Of a stretch of 64,000 nucleotides of DNA, positions 31,778-43,600 are shown in pieces. The stretch comes from Cyanophora paradoxa CCMP329 (Eukaryota; Plantae; Glaucophyta). The stretch lies in the NCBI GenBank assembly GCA_004431415.1, contig QPMI01000029.1:1-64000 (forward strand), in the 5' to 3' direction. Every line of letters begins with the position of its first letter. Position 1 is the first letter of the stretch. The notes beneath the pieces were generated by a model. That model was not told where the DNA came from and did not search any database. It saw nothing but the letters and a program-made list of their open reading frames with translations. Made by a program: the position numbers and the translations under genes.

Positions 31778-33633
31778 GCCCTCGCCCCGCCGGCCCTCCA
31801 GGCCCCGCGGCGAGCGCCGCTGGCGCTCAAGGCTCGGGCCTTCCGGACGCCGGGCCGCGCCTCCTCGCCGGGGGCAGGGCGCCGCCGCCGCCGCCGCCTT
31901 TCTCCATTGAGGTCCCTGACTTTGATGTCGACGAGCTCCTCCCAGGCGTCCCGCCCCGCCTCGCCCCCACGCCCGTGCGGCCCGATCGCATCGCCGCAGC
32001 CCTGGAGGGCCACCCCGATCCCTCCCTTGCCGCCCGCCTCGCACACGGGTTCGCCCACGGCTTCCCGCTGCAGTACCGCGGCCCTTCCTTCTCTGCAATT
32101 TCCCGCCCCGAGCCCTCTGCCCTTGAGCACATCGACGTGGTGCGACAGGACGTCGAGAAGGAGATCGCCATGGGGCGGGTCGCCGGCCCGTTCCCGTCTC
32201 CTCCCCTCGCCCCCTTCGTTGCCTCCCCAGTCGGCGCCATTCCGAAGAAGCGTTCGACCAAATGGCGCCGAATTCACAACCTTTCGTACCCCAAGCACCG
32301 CGGCCCGTCAGTCAACAGCGGCATTGACCCTGACGAGCTACACTACCAGAATACGAAGGTCAGCAGAGCAATTGAGCTTCTGATTCAGCTCGGCCGCGGC
32401 GCCGAGATGGCTAAGGCGGATATCGAGTCCGCTTTTCGCCTGCTGGCGGTACGGCGGAAGGACTGGTGGCTCCTCGGCTTCGCCCTCCCCTCCCGCTCCA
32501 ATCCCACCGTCCTCGAATTTTTCATCGACCTCTGCCTCCCCTTCGGTGCCCGCTCCTCCCCCCGCATTTTCGAGGACCTCGGCCAGGCCCTCGATTTTGC
32601 CCTCCGCCGCCGTGGGCTCGATCCCACCCGATATGTCGACGACATTTTCCTCATCGGACAGGCCGGCACCGGCGAGTGCCGGCGGTACATCGACGTGCTG
32701 CTCGAGGTCTGCGCGGACCTTGGTATTCCTCTGGCCCCGCATAAGCTAGAAGGACCGGGCACCCGCCTCACCTTCCTCGGCATCGAGCTTGACAGCCTCG
32801 CGATGGTGGCCCGCCTGTCCCCAGAGCGGCTCGCTGATCTCGAAGCGAAGCTCGCGGAGTGGGCCACTCGCAGCCATGCCTCAGCCGGCCAGCTCCGCTC
32901 CCTCGCCGGCTCCCTTGTCTCGGCCGTGCCCGTCGTCCCCGCGGGGCGCTTTTTCCTTCGGCGGGTCGTGGCGCAGCTCGCCACTCTACGGGCCAATCAC
33001 CATCGCGCCCGGCTTCATGCCGGCTTTCATGCGGATCTCACATGGTGGCGCGACCTCCTCCAGCGGCTGCATGGAGTCCGGCTCATCCCTACGTCTGACT
33101 GGCAGTCGGCCAAGGTGCTGCGAATCCAGACCGACGCCAGCAATCTCGGCTTCGGCGCAGTTTTCGGCAGCTCGTGGACCTTCGGATCTTGGCCAGAGGG
33201 CACGACTCGCAGCATGCCCTGGCGCGAGCTGATGGCCCTCGTCATCGCAGCGGCGACCTGGGGCCCCAGCTGGCAGCAGCAGCGAATTATTTTTGAAACC
33301 GACTGTAAACCTGTCTTCCATGCCCTTTCCGGCGGCCGCATTTCGCAGCCGGCCCTCGCTCCCCTCCTCCGCTCCCTCTACCGCCTTTCCGCCCTCCACC
33401 ATTTCGAGTTTCGCGCTGTACACGTCCCGGGCCTCGAGAACACGCTCGCCGACCCGCTCTCTCGCCTACAGATCAGCGTTTTCAAGGAGCGGCTCCCATC
33501 AGCGGATTCCTCGCCGACTCCCCCTCAGTGGCCCGAGACCCAGGGCTCGCTGCCACCGCCGCCTTCTCCTCCTCGAGCTCCCTCACCGTCTGCCGCCTCC
33601 GCTCCTCAATCAGGCCAGCCACAGGCCCCGTGA
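31778..33633 (+). CDS. DIRS/Ngaro-type reverse transcriptase-RNase H (3' part of pol; 5' part at 21905-23251)
   Basis: HPD..L..GF.HGF.LQYRGP, EIAMGRVAGPF, SPVGAIPKK, WRRIHNLS, KADIESAFR, LPFGARSSP, YVDD, FLGIELD; RNase H TDAS..GFGA, WREL, TDC, NTLADPLSR. The frame is open from the LINE junction. Confidence 0.92.
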
Positions 33634-33975
33634 GGGCGCCGGCCAGTCTCGAGCCCGCTCTTCTAGATTTATCGATATCGTCTTTCTTCTCTTTCCTCGC
33701 TGCTTCACACCAAACATATTTTATATCATTTATTGGATGCCGCTTCTCTTCATTATATTTCGTTCGCATCGGAGGCGCCCAGAGGCCAGCACCCTCGTAG
33801 CTGTCGGTCTAGTCACAGACCTTAGCCTCGTGTGCAGCCCCCTGATCGTTTACAGGCATCCAATTGTAGTCATCTAGAGTGTACGGCCGGCAGTATATTC
33901 AAATCAGATATCTCCAGCATACGATCCTGATCTAGATCTCAGAGTCTTACCCGCGCGAGAAATAAGCCGAGTGAG

Positions 33976-34148
33976 TTAATGGGTAGTAAAGTAGATTTAC
34001 TGAGGTTAGCGAGCCGGCTGATCGAGCCCCGTTTCGCAGTCTAAACTTCAAGTTCCGAATTTGATTCAGGTAGTCAACTTGTACTAGCGTACCCATACGC
34101 GGTTTCGCGCGCAAGCGCGGCGCCCGAGCCGCCTCAATTTCGCGTTTC
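33976..34148 (+). repeat. 3' terminal direct repeat (173 bp) of the Ngaro-like element
   Basis: Identical to 20709-20881; followed by CCGCCC and the TSD copy. Confidence 0.95.
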
Positions 34149-34170
34149 CCGCCCCAGAGTTACGCATTAA

Positions 34171-34637
34171 CTATGTGAAGAAAAATCTCTGTGACGCCAT
34201 AGTAAAAAATGCGTTAACTATGTCGAATATGTGTCAAACGGAACAGGGAACTCTGCCCTTTCGCGTCGTCCTGCTTCGCCTCCGCCTCCGCGTCGTCTTG
34301 TTGTTCCTCTTACTTGTCTGCTTCCTGTTATTTATCTTTCTCAAATTTGTCCTCCGCTTCTTAGTGATGTAATTCCTTCCGATATTGATGGTATCTCTAG
34401 CTCTGGCTCTTCTTCGTGTCAGTCATCCTCTGTCCCTAGATCTGCTCGATTTCTCGTCTCTTCTCGATCTGTCTCGAGCTCTGTGTCTTTTCTTTTTTAT
34501 TGTCGATTTTGGCTCTTTGTCTTATCTTTCTTCGTGCTCTTGTCTTAGTTATTTTGCTTTTTTGTCTTTATGCCCCCTGGGCAGCCCCCGCAGTGCTGGT
34601 GTCTAGAGACTGTGGCCGGTAATTCACCAAAAAAAAA
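34171..34637 (+). mobile_element. Possible 3' remnant of another retroposon (host of the Ngaro-like insertion)
   Basis: Strongly pyrimidine-skewed tract 34260-34570, short GC-rich structured segment, then A9 at 34629-34637; absent from duplicated copy 2. No TSD found. Confidence 0.3.
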
Positions 34638-35067
34638 CTCTATTAAAATAAAATTAATAGAGATTTGGAAAATAGAACTGATGCGGCGAAAGAATAGATG
34701 TCACAGAGATAGCAAGCTGCTGCAGGGCCGGCGCCGGGCCCCCGCACCGCCCCCGCTTGCTGCGCCCGCCGCTGCGCTCGAGCTCCCGGGGCTGCATACA
34801 TGCACTCAAGACCTGTATTCTGCACACACTTCATCTTCCGCCCCCGCTCGCCCCGCCCCGCCGCTCGCGATCGGGAGCTCGGCGGCCCCGATCGCGATCG
34901 CGAGCGGCCATCGATCGCGATATCCGCTCTGAAATTAGAATTAATATTACTACATTTCTCAAGCCCCTCGCCTCCGGGATCCAGCCGCTTTAGCCCGCGA
35001 CCGACCCTCGACGATCCACAGTAGCGCACGGGGCTCGCCGAGTTGCAATTGGGCGCCTTGCTGCATC

Positions 35068-35377
35068 CCACGATAAAGTCCTCTTCGACCGCATCGAGCC
35101 CGACTTCTTCGGTGCGCGTACCCCCCTCGTCCTTCCCCCCCTTCCAACTTGCTTTTAATCTCATTGTTCGCTCGCTCCGTCCCTACGTAGGCTCGAAGCA
35201 CACGGGGTTCTTCACGTTCACGATCCTCGGGCGCACGCGCATCCAGGTACCTCTCAAGCTCACCTGAAATCAATGCTAATCGGATCCCACCTGACCCGGT
35301 TTCGATCTCAGGTGGCTGCGTACTCGCGGCACGCGCACGGGGAAGACCTCCGATACGTCTCCGAGATCCAGAAGTAA
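35068..35377 (+). pseudogene. 5'-truncated duplicate of the purple acid phosphatase 3' end (three exons with introns)
   Basis: HDKVLFDRIEPDFF|GSKHTGFFTFTILGRTRIQ|VAAYSRHAHGEDLRYVSEIQK*; begins mid-exon with no upstream exons. Confidence 0.88.
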
Positions 35378-36520
35378 CTGCCGGGCGGTTACTAACTGCC
35401 GGGCGGTTACTAACGGCCGACTTCCTCTGTCGGGCGGCCCGGATCCGGACGTTGGACCGGGGTCCCCATGGCCAGTCTCGGGAAGAGGCGCCCGATCTCG
35501 TCCGACCGTCCGTCTGCACACTTTTAGTTATGTGCTCTGCGATTTTTTGGGGGGGCGCTCCCGTCCCTCGTGTCTCTCCCTTTGTGGTTCACGCGAATTC
35601 AACTTAGGATTTTGCAGTCTCCAGCCTACAGAGGACTATCTCTTTTGCCGTTGCGAATTGTGTCCATCGAAGAAGCTAGGATCGGAGTTTTTCAATTATG
35701 TATTCCCTTTCCATCATAGTATGGCTTCAGGCAGTCCTCTGAGTCAATCAGTGACTCGTTTGCAGTGTTTGTATCGGAGTCTTCAGTGTAAATGTCGATG
35801 TCCACGTGCTATCTTGAAAGCCGCGCGCGCAGCTGCACCGGAGTCGTGACCGGACCAGCTGATATTCACGGCATCTAGATCTAAAGCTTGCCAATGGAAT
35901 TAATATATATTGGCCGCATTCAGAGACATTGACGACATCGCGGCCCCGATTCGCGGCGGCCGAGTACGTATACGTTGGTACGAGTTGCAGTTGCTAAAAT
36001 ATTAATTTCATCATGGAAAGTTGAAAGCATCAGTGCCCCGGTCCGGGAAATCGGCGGTAATCCACCGGACAACCGGTACCGGGATATCGATATCGATCCC
36101 GGGTTCCCGGAGCACTGATGCTTCGGACTCTTTAAGTTCGGAGGAATCGGAGCTTGAACGAGCTTCAAGGCTTCCGGTTCTTTCGAATCGGAGCTTTCGG
36201 ATAACGTTAACAGCTCGATAGTGAGCATGCTTCGCTCGAAAGTGCCGCTTTGAATTTTTCTGTAACCGTCTGGCCCCTTTTTTTCAAGCTGTTGCCGGCT
36301 AACTTGCCGCCGCTGCTCCGCCGCTTCTGCGCATGCTCTGAGCCTCTGCTGGCCGACTCCCGAGTCCCGACTCCCGAGTCCCGGCTCCCGAGTCCCGAGT
36401 GACCTTCCCGGGAAGGTAGCGTGAACGTTGAACGGCGAGCGGCAAGTTGCCGATCATGGCGATGGACAAGGACAAGTTTGCGAGCACGATGGACATGGTG
36501 AACGTTGAACGGCGAGCACG

Positions 36521-38745
36521 ATGCCGATCATGGCGATGGACAAGGACAAGTTTGAGGACGACGACATCGCGTACGACGGCGACTACCGCTGGGCCACCCT
36601 CACGTACTTGACTTGTATATAATTATATATATAATTAGCTATAGTAAGCTTCACAGTATACGTACGTATGTATGATCGTGAGCTCTTCGCCCAGCGAGGA
36701 GACCTCGGCCGGGTGCGCGGCCGCCAAGGCCGCCCTGCTCGCCTCGCTCGGGGCCAAGACCACGAAGACCGCTGTGCTCTACCGTGGCGTACGTATACGT
36801 GGCCATAAGCTTAGAATTAAGCTTAAGCCCGTCATGATCATGATCAACTTTCGAGGCTAATTATTATCCGATGATTTCGAGCGCAGGCCGACTGCAGCTC
36901 GGACAGCCTAACGCTCACGGCCGACGCCAAGAAGCTGTCCGCGCACGTGAGCCGCCCGCCCGCCCGCCCGCCTGGCCCCGGCCCCTAGCCTCCGCCCTCT
37001 CTAGATCTGGTCCCTTCTGTTTGATTTAGATTTCGAATTCTTCGCCGCTTGCCCGGCCCGCGAATTCGACTCGCGAACGACGGCCGTCGATTGAGACGTC
37101 GACTCGCGATCGAACCGCGATCGGCCGCGGACCGCGCGCCGCCGAATCTTAAAACTTCGTTTAGGGTCTTTGAATTCGTCGCCCTACGTCTCATGATTAC
37201 CTTCCACCGCCCCCCCCCCCCCCCTCCGATCCCCCCTCCTCCGATCCCCCCCCCCCCCCCCCCCCCCCCCCCCGCTCAGCGGCTCTGCGCGGTCATCCGC
37301 TCTAAAACTTTTAAGCCCGCGCCCCGCCCTCGCCGCTCCACGGTACTATGGTAGCGCACTGCGGCATGGCCCGCGGCGCCGGCGCCGTGCTGCAGCTGCA
37401 TCGCAGAGCCGGGTATATATAAAATCCGGGATCCGGTCCCCCACGCCGCAGAAAGTGGCGTCTGCCAGCAGCCTGAACTGGAACGACCGGGCGACCACCG
37501 TCTGTCTCGGTGAGGCATGGCCAGCGCACGGGCAGCGAGTTCCGAATTCGAGTCTGCCCGCCCTTCGCTGATTCATTAGTCATGATTATTTCAGCGCCCA
37601 ACACGGAAGTGAAGATGTACTGGGACAAGAACTACGACGTGCCATCTATTCTTCGCCTTCTTCTAGATCTCCACCCCCCCCCTCCTTATTTTGTGTGCGA
37701 TTTCCGTCGCAGGGGTACCGCTGCTGCGCGGAGAACGCGGAGACGGCCGCGGGCTTCGAGTGCTTCGAGCTGGACGAGAAGCACAAGGTCGGAAAGGACG
37801 CGGACCTCGAGCGGAACTTCGCGGACGAGTCCGTGCTCTAATCTATCGCAAATCAAATGATCATAACTTTCAAAAGTCGACCGATTCAATCGAATCGAAT
37901 TGAATCTGTCAAACTATATATAACGTCGATCCGTTTCATGAGCTTAATTTAAAGCTCGAGCCCGCAGCGTGTCGAGCCTGAAGGTCGACATGGCGCAAGA
38001 CCTCGCGACCGGCTCGACCGTGCAGCAGGTCCGACGGTCGCCTCTTTTATGTACATCTAAGCTTTCAGCTTTCTCTTCACCGAACTCTGAAACCAAAAAG
38101 CTTGCCGGCGCCGATCGCCTGATATAATATTCAATTTCGCGTCTGATTACAATATATACCGCTGCATGCGCAGATCCTCTACGCCGACGCTGATCTCGAC
38201 GGCGACGGCAGCTCCTTCGTGCGTCCAGTTGAATTTCTCATCATTAAATAACCAGGTGTAATCGCATTGAACATAAAACGTTGACGCAGGAGCTGGCGCC
38301 CTCTGAATTTCCTTTGCTGCACGGGGACGCGTTCGCCGTAGAGTCCGAGCTGGGGCCCGAGGTCCGTGCCCCCCCCCCCCCCCTCTCTCTTCCTCTCCCC
38401 CCCCACTCCACCCCCTCGATCTAGCTGCCCCCCCCCTTAAGCTTCCCCCCCCCTCCCCACACACCTCCCCTCCTCCCCCTGTTCTCGCACCCCTTCTCCC
38501 TCTTCCCCCCATCCGGATTCCCCCCAGCTCCGCCGAAGATTACCATTTCCAGAGCTTGCCGCCCGCTCGCCCCGCCGAGCATGCGCATTAGACCTAGATT
38601 AGCATTCGACGCTGACTCGTAAAACACCCGGCCCCCCTCCGCCTGCCAGGCGGGGAGCAGCTTCGAATTCGAATTCGAGGCGGCCGAAGTCTGCATCGAC
38701 GCGGCTGGCGATCCGGGGGCGCGCGACGAGGTGGAATTCTTCTAG
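36521..38745 (+). CDS. Beta/gamma-crystallin (Greek key) domain protein, multi-exon; ends uncertain
   Basis: Spliced motifs AVLYRG|ADCSSDSLTLTADAKKLSAH|KVASASSLNWNDRATTVCL|APNTEVKMYWDKNYD|GYRCC...NFADE|VSSLKV...|ILYADADLDGDGSSF|ELAPSEFPLL match the crystallin pattern (LY..xNF.G.....L....(W/F)ND..SS..V). Confidence 0.65.
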
Positions 38746-38839
38746 AATCGATATTTATCGATATATATCGGGTTCGACTAGCACTTGGTCAAGCATCAAC
38801 GTGGCGATTCCGCACCTATTCATGATCATGATCGATATC

Positions 38840-39831
38840 ACGCGTACACATTGTGAATTGCATGATTGAATCCAACATGCATTGTGAGGTCCAGACTATA
38901 TTGATGGGTAACAACACAGCAATATTTAATCATTCGAATGTGCTCGTGCCGCGACTCCCGCCAGTCGCGCGCATATGACATATACATGCATGCGACCCCG
39001 AGGCTCCCCCCCCCCCCCTTCTCAGGGCCTCCCCCTTCTCCCTCCACCCGGTGACCCCCTTCGCCCCCCGCCCCTCTCTCAGAGTCTCCCCCCCACGCGC
39101 GCGCCGGCGGCCGCCGCGCTAGCGCGCTAGCCGGCCGGCTGGCGGCCGGGGGGGGGGGGGGGGGGGGGCAGAAGGGGAGGGGGCCGGGGAGGAAGGGGAG
39201 GGAGGGGGGGGGGGCGGGGTCGGGGTCGCTGCTTTCGCCGAGTGGGGAGGAGGCCGGCGGCCCGGCGGGCAGCGGCGCCGGCCGCGGCGGCCGGGCGTGG
39301 CTCTCCGGGCGGGGCGCGGCCCGGCGGGCGGAGACGTGGCGGGCGGCGGCGCGGCTCGCCGGGCGCAGCGGAGGCCGCGGCGGGCGGCGGCGCGGCTCGC
39401 CGGGCGCAGCGGAGGCCGCGGCGGACGGCGGCGCGGCTCGCCGGGCGGGGCGGAGGCGCGGTGGGCCGTGGGCGGCGGCACGGCTCGCCAAGCGGGGCTG
39501 AGGGATGGCCGGGCGGGCGGGGGCGCGGAGGCGCGGCGGGCGGCGGGCGCCGGCGGCGCGGCTCGCCCGGCGGCTGGGCAGCCGCGCGCGGCGGCGGGAC
39601 GTCGACGAAGGCGCGGCGGGCGGCGGCGCGGCTGGCCGCGGCCGGGCGGGCGGAGACGTACGCGGCCGCCGGCGGGCGGCGGCCGCGGGGCGCAGCTCGC
39701 CGTCCATATGCATGTTGATTAATTCGCAGGGGGCGCGGCCCGCGCGGGCGACCCCGCGCCGCGGGCCCGCGGCGGTTGTGCTGCTTCAAGGCTGCTTGTG
39801 CTGCATGCTTAATTATAAGTTGTGCACGCGT
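38840..39831. mobile_element. Possible degenerate TIR element with extremely GC-rich internal repeats
   Basis: Left ACGCGTACACATTGTGAATTGCATG vs reverse complement of right ACGCGTGCACAACTTATAATTAAGCATG; internal GGCGGCGCGGCTCGCCGGGCG repeats at ~39340-39570. No clear TSD. Confidence 0.3.
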
Positions 39832-40692
39832 ATGCCTTATCCATGATGGCGTAACTTGAACGATCGCGATTCGCGATCGCGAATACTGGCACTCAAATTA
39901 CAGTATACGTATTCACCGTCGTCACGTCGCCGACTCGCCGTGAGAGGCCCGTGACGCGATCGCGAATACGACGGTACTCAAAACTAGTACTGTAGTTACA
40001 GTGCAAATGTACCCGTCTTGAAGGCGCTGAAACGAGCAAAAGAAGCAGACCAATGCCGAAGCGGCAAAAATTGAAAACAATTGCGATGTACGTAAAAAAC
40101 GCACGATAAATATGTACCCCATGCCAATTAGGAGGGAGCACACGCGGGAGCCTCCGCATCCGCCGGACCGCCGCCCTACCGGCCGCGGGTACGCCTCGAG
40201 CTCCGGCCCTGAGCGGCCGGTGCGGGAGCGTGCTGCGGGACTCGCGGCGGGCCGCGGGTGGCACGCGTATACGGCCGGGCGCCGCCTGGAGCTTCTCCCG
40301 GAGTCCGATCGAGGCAAATTCGTCGGCATTCGGTGACTCTGACCAAGTACTAGAGCAACTATAGCTAGCTAGATCATAGGGTAAGGCCTAGGAGACTGCA
40401 GGTTACGTCGGCACCGTCGGACGCGCACGCGTACCTTATCGCGTAGACTGCGGCGTAGTACGGCGCGCGCGTCGGCGAGTCGACCGTCGACGTCGGGCTT
40501 CGACCCAGGACGCTGCAGTCAGTGCAGAGCTTCGGAAGGATCATGGTGCGATGATCGTCTAGATCTGCAGCAGCAGCAATCAGCTGGCAAAATGCGTGAA
40601 ATTGAAATCAGCGAATGACCCTTCTGGCATATGCATAGGCCGAGCTGGAGCGCAAAGTCGATATATATAAGGATCCGCTTTCGCGGGGTCCT

Positions 40693-43600
40693 ATGGCCGT
40701 AAGCTGGCCTAGCTACAGGAGGCAGCACGCAGTAGCTTTCAGCTTTCTCCTTGGCGTGGTGCTCTGCGTGCTGCTCTCGACCGCCGGCGCACAGCCGCTG
40801 CCCGAAGGTTCGAACTCGCACATCCACCTTAACTTCCGTATATATATATACGTACCTTCCTGCCGCTAGCTGCAGAGACGGTGCTGAAAGGGATAGGACC
40901 GCATGCACTGCCGCAGTGCGGCATGATTGCTGACATATGCATCCTCCCCGCCCGCGCGAAGCCTATGGGGACTGCACGGCGCTCGGCGCGACCTCGTTCG
41001 ACTGCACGACGGACGCGGGAGTGCAAAAGATCATCTATCCAGCGACGGACCTAGACACAGACCCCGCCGACTGGTGCGAGCGCGCGCGAGCACAGGCAGG
41101 AAGTTTGAGGGGGGTCCCGGCCCAGCCTGAGGCTGAACTGATAAGGAGCCGCCGCAGGACGATTACGCCGTCCGCCTTTCCTTGCGCGGTCCGCTTCACC
41201 TCCTTGTTGCTGGATCCTTGGCACGATCTTTCGGTGCGCATGCAGCGCCCGGCCGCGGCTCTAGCGCTGCCGCAGTGCGGCAGCCTCGCACCGGCCTCGA
41301 GCTCGCTGCATGCCCTCGTAAATGGTGTAAACATCGATATTAACATCAATCGTTCCGCGTCAAGGTGTACGACGTGCTTTCGGACGGGACCGAAGTACTA
41401 CTGAGCACCTTGCCGCCGACGGCGGGCCTTCCTCTGATGGTCCTGGCGGGCCGCAGTGCCGACGTCGCGTCAGTGCGGATCTGGCTGCTCAGCGTGACGG
41501 GGGACAATGTAACCGCGTACAACGTGAGCTTCGCGTGGACGTGTGGAGCCAGCTCCGGTAGCCAGCGCCGCCCTGCACCATGCATATATATGGCCATGCC
41601 CTTGTCCTCGGCGTCTGCTGAGCACTGCGGCACTCGCCAGGGTTCTGCCCGGGGCCGGATGCGTGCCCCCTCTCGGCCGGCAACGGGACGCTGGAGTACC
41701 GCGGATTGAACCTGCCCGCTCTCTCCACAGTCGACTGGTGCGGCCGACCCGGCGGTAGCGCCCCCCTCGGCACGGCCCCGTCCCTAAGTCTGTGCAGGAC
41801 GCTGCCGCCGCTGTCGAATTCGACGGCAGGAGTTCTGGTGCGATTCGATTACGCGGACCTCACGTTTGCAGACTCGCTCGTGGTCCGTATATATATACTC
41901 CTGCCCCGCCCTTAAGCTTCGGCCCCTGCCCGACGCGAGTCCGCAGGTCGCGTTCGATGGGGCGGACGCGGGCGGAACCCCTCTGGCTCCGCGCTACATC
42001 CGCGGGCCCCTGTCCGGCGAGGCGCTCACCCCCTGCGTTCTCAACGAGCCCCGGGCGACCGGCCTGACCCTCACCCTCACCACCCTCCATTTCCGGACGG
42101 GCGGTTTCTCCCTCAGCTACTACGGCGGGACCCACGCCGCGGCGCAGAGGGCAGTTGAAGCCTCCGCCGGAACGCGTGCCTGCCCAGACACGCCCCCAGT
42201 GGGCTCGGCCGCGCTGCCGCCGCGCTTGCCGGGCTACGCCCCTCCAGACCCCTCCTGCCAGAACATGTGGAACAATTTCGCCGGTGCTCACTCCAAGCTC
42301 GAGGCTGTCGCTTCAACTTTTAGTCGAACATTGACCCCGCGCTCGCCAGAATACTTCAATCCGGCGGCACAACCTTTCGCGTTCAAAGATATCAGGGCCA
42401 TTCACAACTGCTCAGGGGCCTTCGGCGACCGCATGGGTTACTGCATGTATACCAGCGCCGATTTCAACCAGTCAGAAGCGGTGAGTGCTTTCAAGTCTGC
42501 TTGTTCATTCTGCTCGAGCCGCCAGTTAAAGAAAGAAAATAAAAAGAAAGGAAGTGTGGGAAACCTCGCAGTATCATGAAAACCGAAATATTCTGGTTGC
42601 TTCTGGTCCGTTTGATTTCTCGTGCTCACCGCAGGCTCTTATCGCCATTGCGGCGCCCGCGGGGCCGCTCGAGATCACGATTTCAGCGCTAAACTACAAC
42701 ACCGCTCTGGATATCTATCCCGAAGTGCGCCGTGAACCATTCCCCTTCCATTATTATAAGCTGGCAGTGCACGTGTGAAGTTGGGACCCAGTCGCGTTTC
42801 TTCCCGGATACCCCACATGGCTGTTCTGCTCTGCGTGCGCTGCCGCCGACTGACTGGAGGGCAGTTGCACATCCACTCGGGCTGCACGCCAGCCGATGTC
42901 TTCTACAGCGACGGTGGCTGGGTCCGCGCCGGTCGCGCCTGGCACAGCACAACCACGACCCCAACCATCGCCTCCAATGGCAACATTGCCGTCATTTACC
43001 TGCGCGCCCTGCACTCTCTGATTCGGCCACGTCCGCGCGGCGCTGACGTCAACGCGGGCGGCGCGGCCATGTCGTGCGCAGGTGGCTTTTCCCGTATCCG
43101 GGGATCCGGTGGACCCCCGCAGACCGCAAGGACAGGTACCGTGTCGCGTGGCGCGTCCTGGAAGACGCCAGCGAGGGCGAGGGTACACATACGCGTTCCG
43201 GCTCCGGCCTGCGCCGCGCCAGCGTTAACGCCCCGACGCGCAGGATCCGGATTTGGACAGACGGTCATTATGGAGGAGCCGTCTGGAGAATTCGGAACGT
43301 GCACGTACGACAATGTCACGGGAGACTGCAGCGGCTTGTACGACTATTTACAATCGTACTTGTGGACGGTTTCCGCTCCGGAGGGGTACATCGTCAATTT
43401 GGGTGCGCTTCCGTAGATTGAAAAGACTTTATTTCCTGGGGATCGATTTCTGACCCCTGTCGCTCGCGATCGATCGAGCTCCCTCTTGCCTCCAATAACA
43501 TTAATACCATTACAAGTTAATACTTTTAAATATGCATGTATTGTTCCTGCTTGCTTGTAGAGTTCGAATGACCGCCCTTGTAGAGTTCCTTTTCTTCGAA

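Larger units (their letters stand above)
20713..34154 (+). mobile_element. Ngaro/DIRS-like retroelement (gag + RT/RNase H, no tyrosine recombinase), ~4.9 kb once the nested LINE is removed
   Basis: Identical 173-bp direct repeats 20709-20881 and 33976-34148; gag and pol of DIRS-order type; flanking 16-bp duplication CAGAGTTACGCATTAA at 20697-20712 and 34155-34170. Confidence 0.88.

Noticed and set aside
20709-34148. Classical Ty1/Ty3 LTR retrotransposon
   Set aside because: No protease or integrase, the repeats do not end in CA, the TSD is 16 bp rather than 4-6, and RT/RNase H motifs are DIRS/Ngaro-type.
34570-34610. Helitron 3' end (GC-rich segment followed by CTAG)
   Set aside because: The hairpin is weak, CTAG is followed by A rather than T, and no matching 5' TC end was found.
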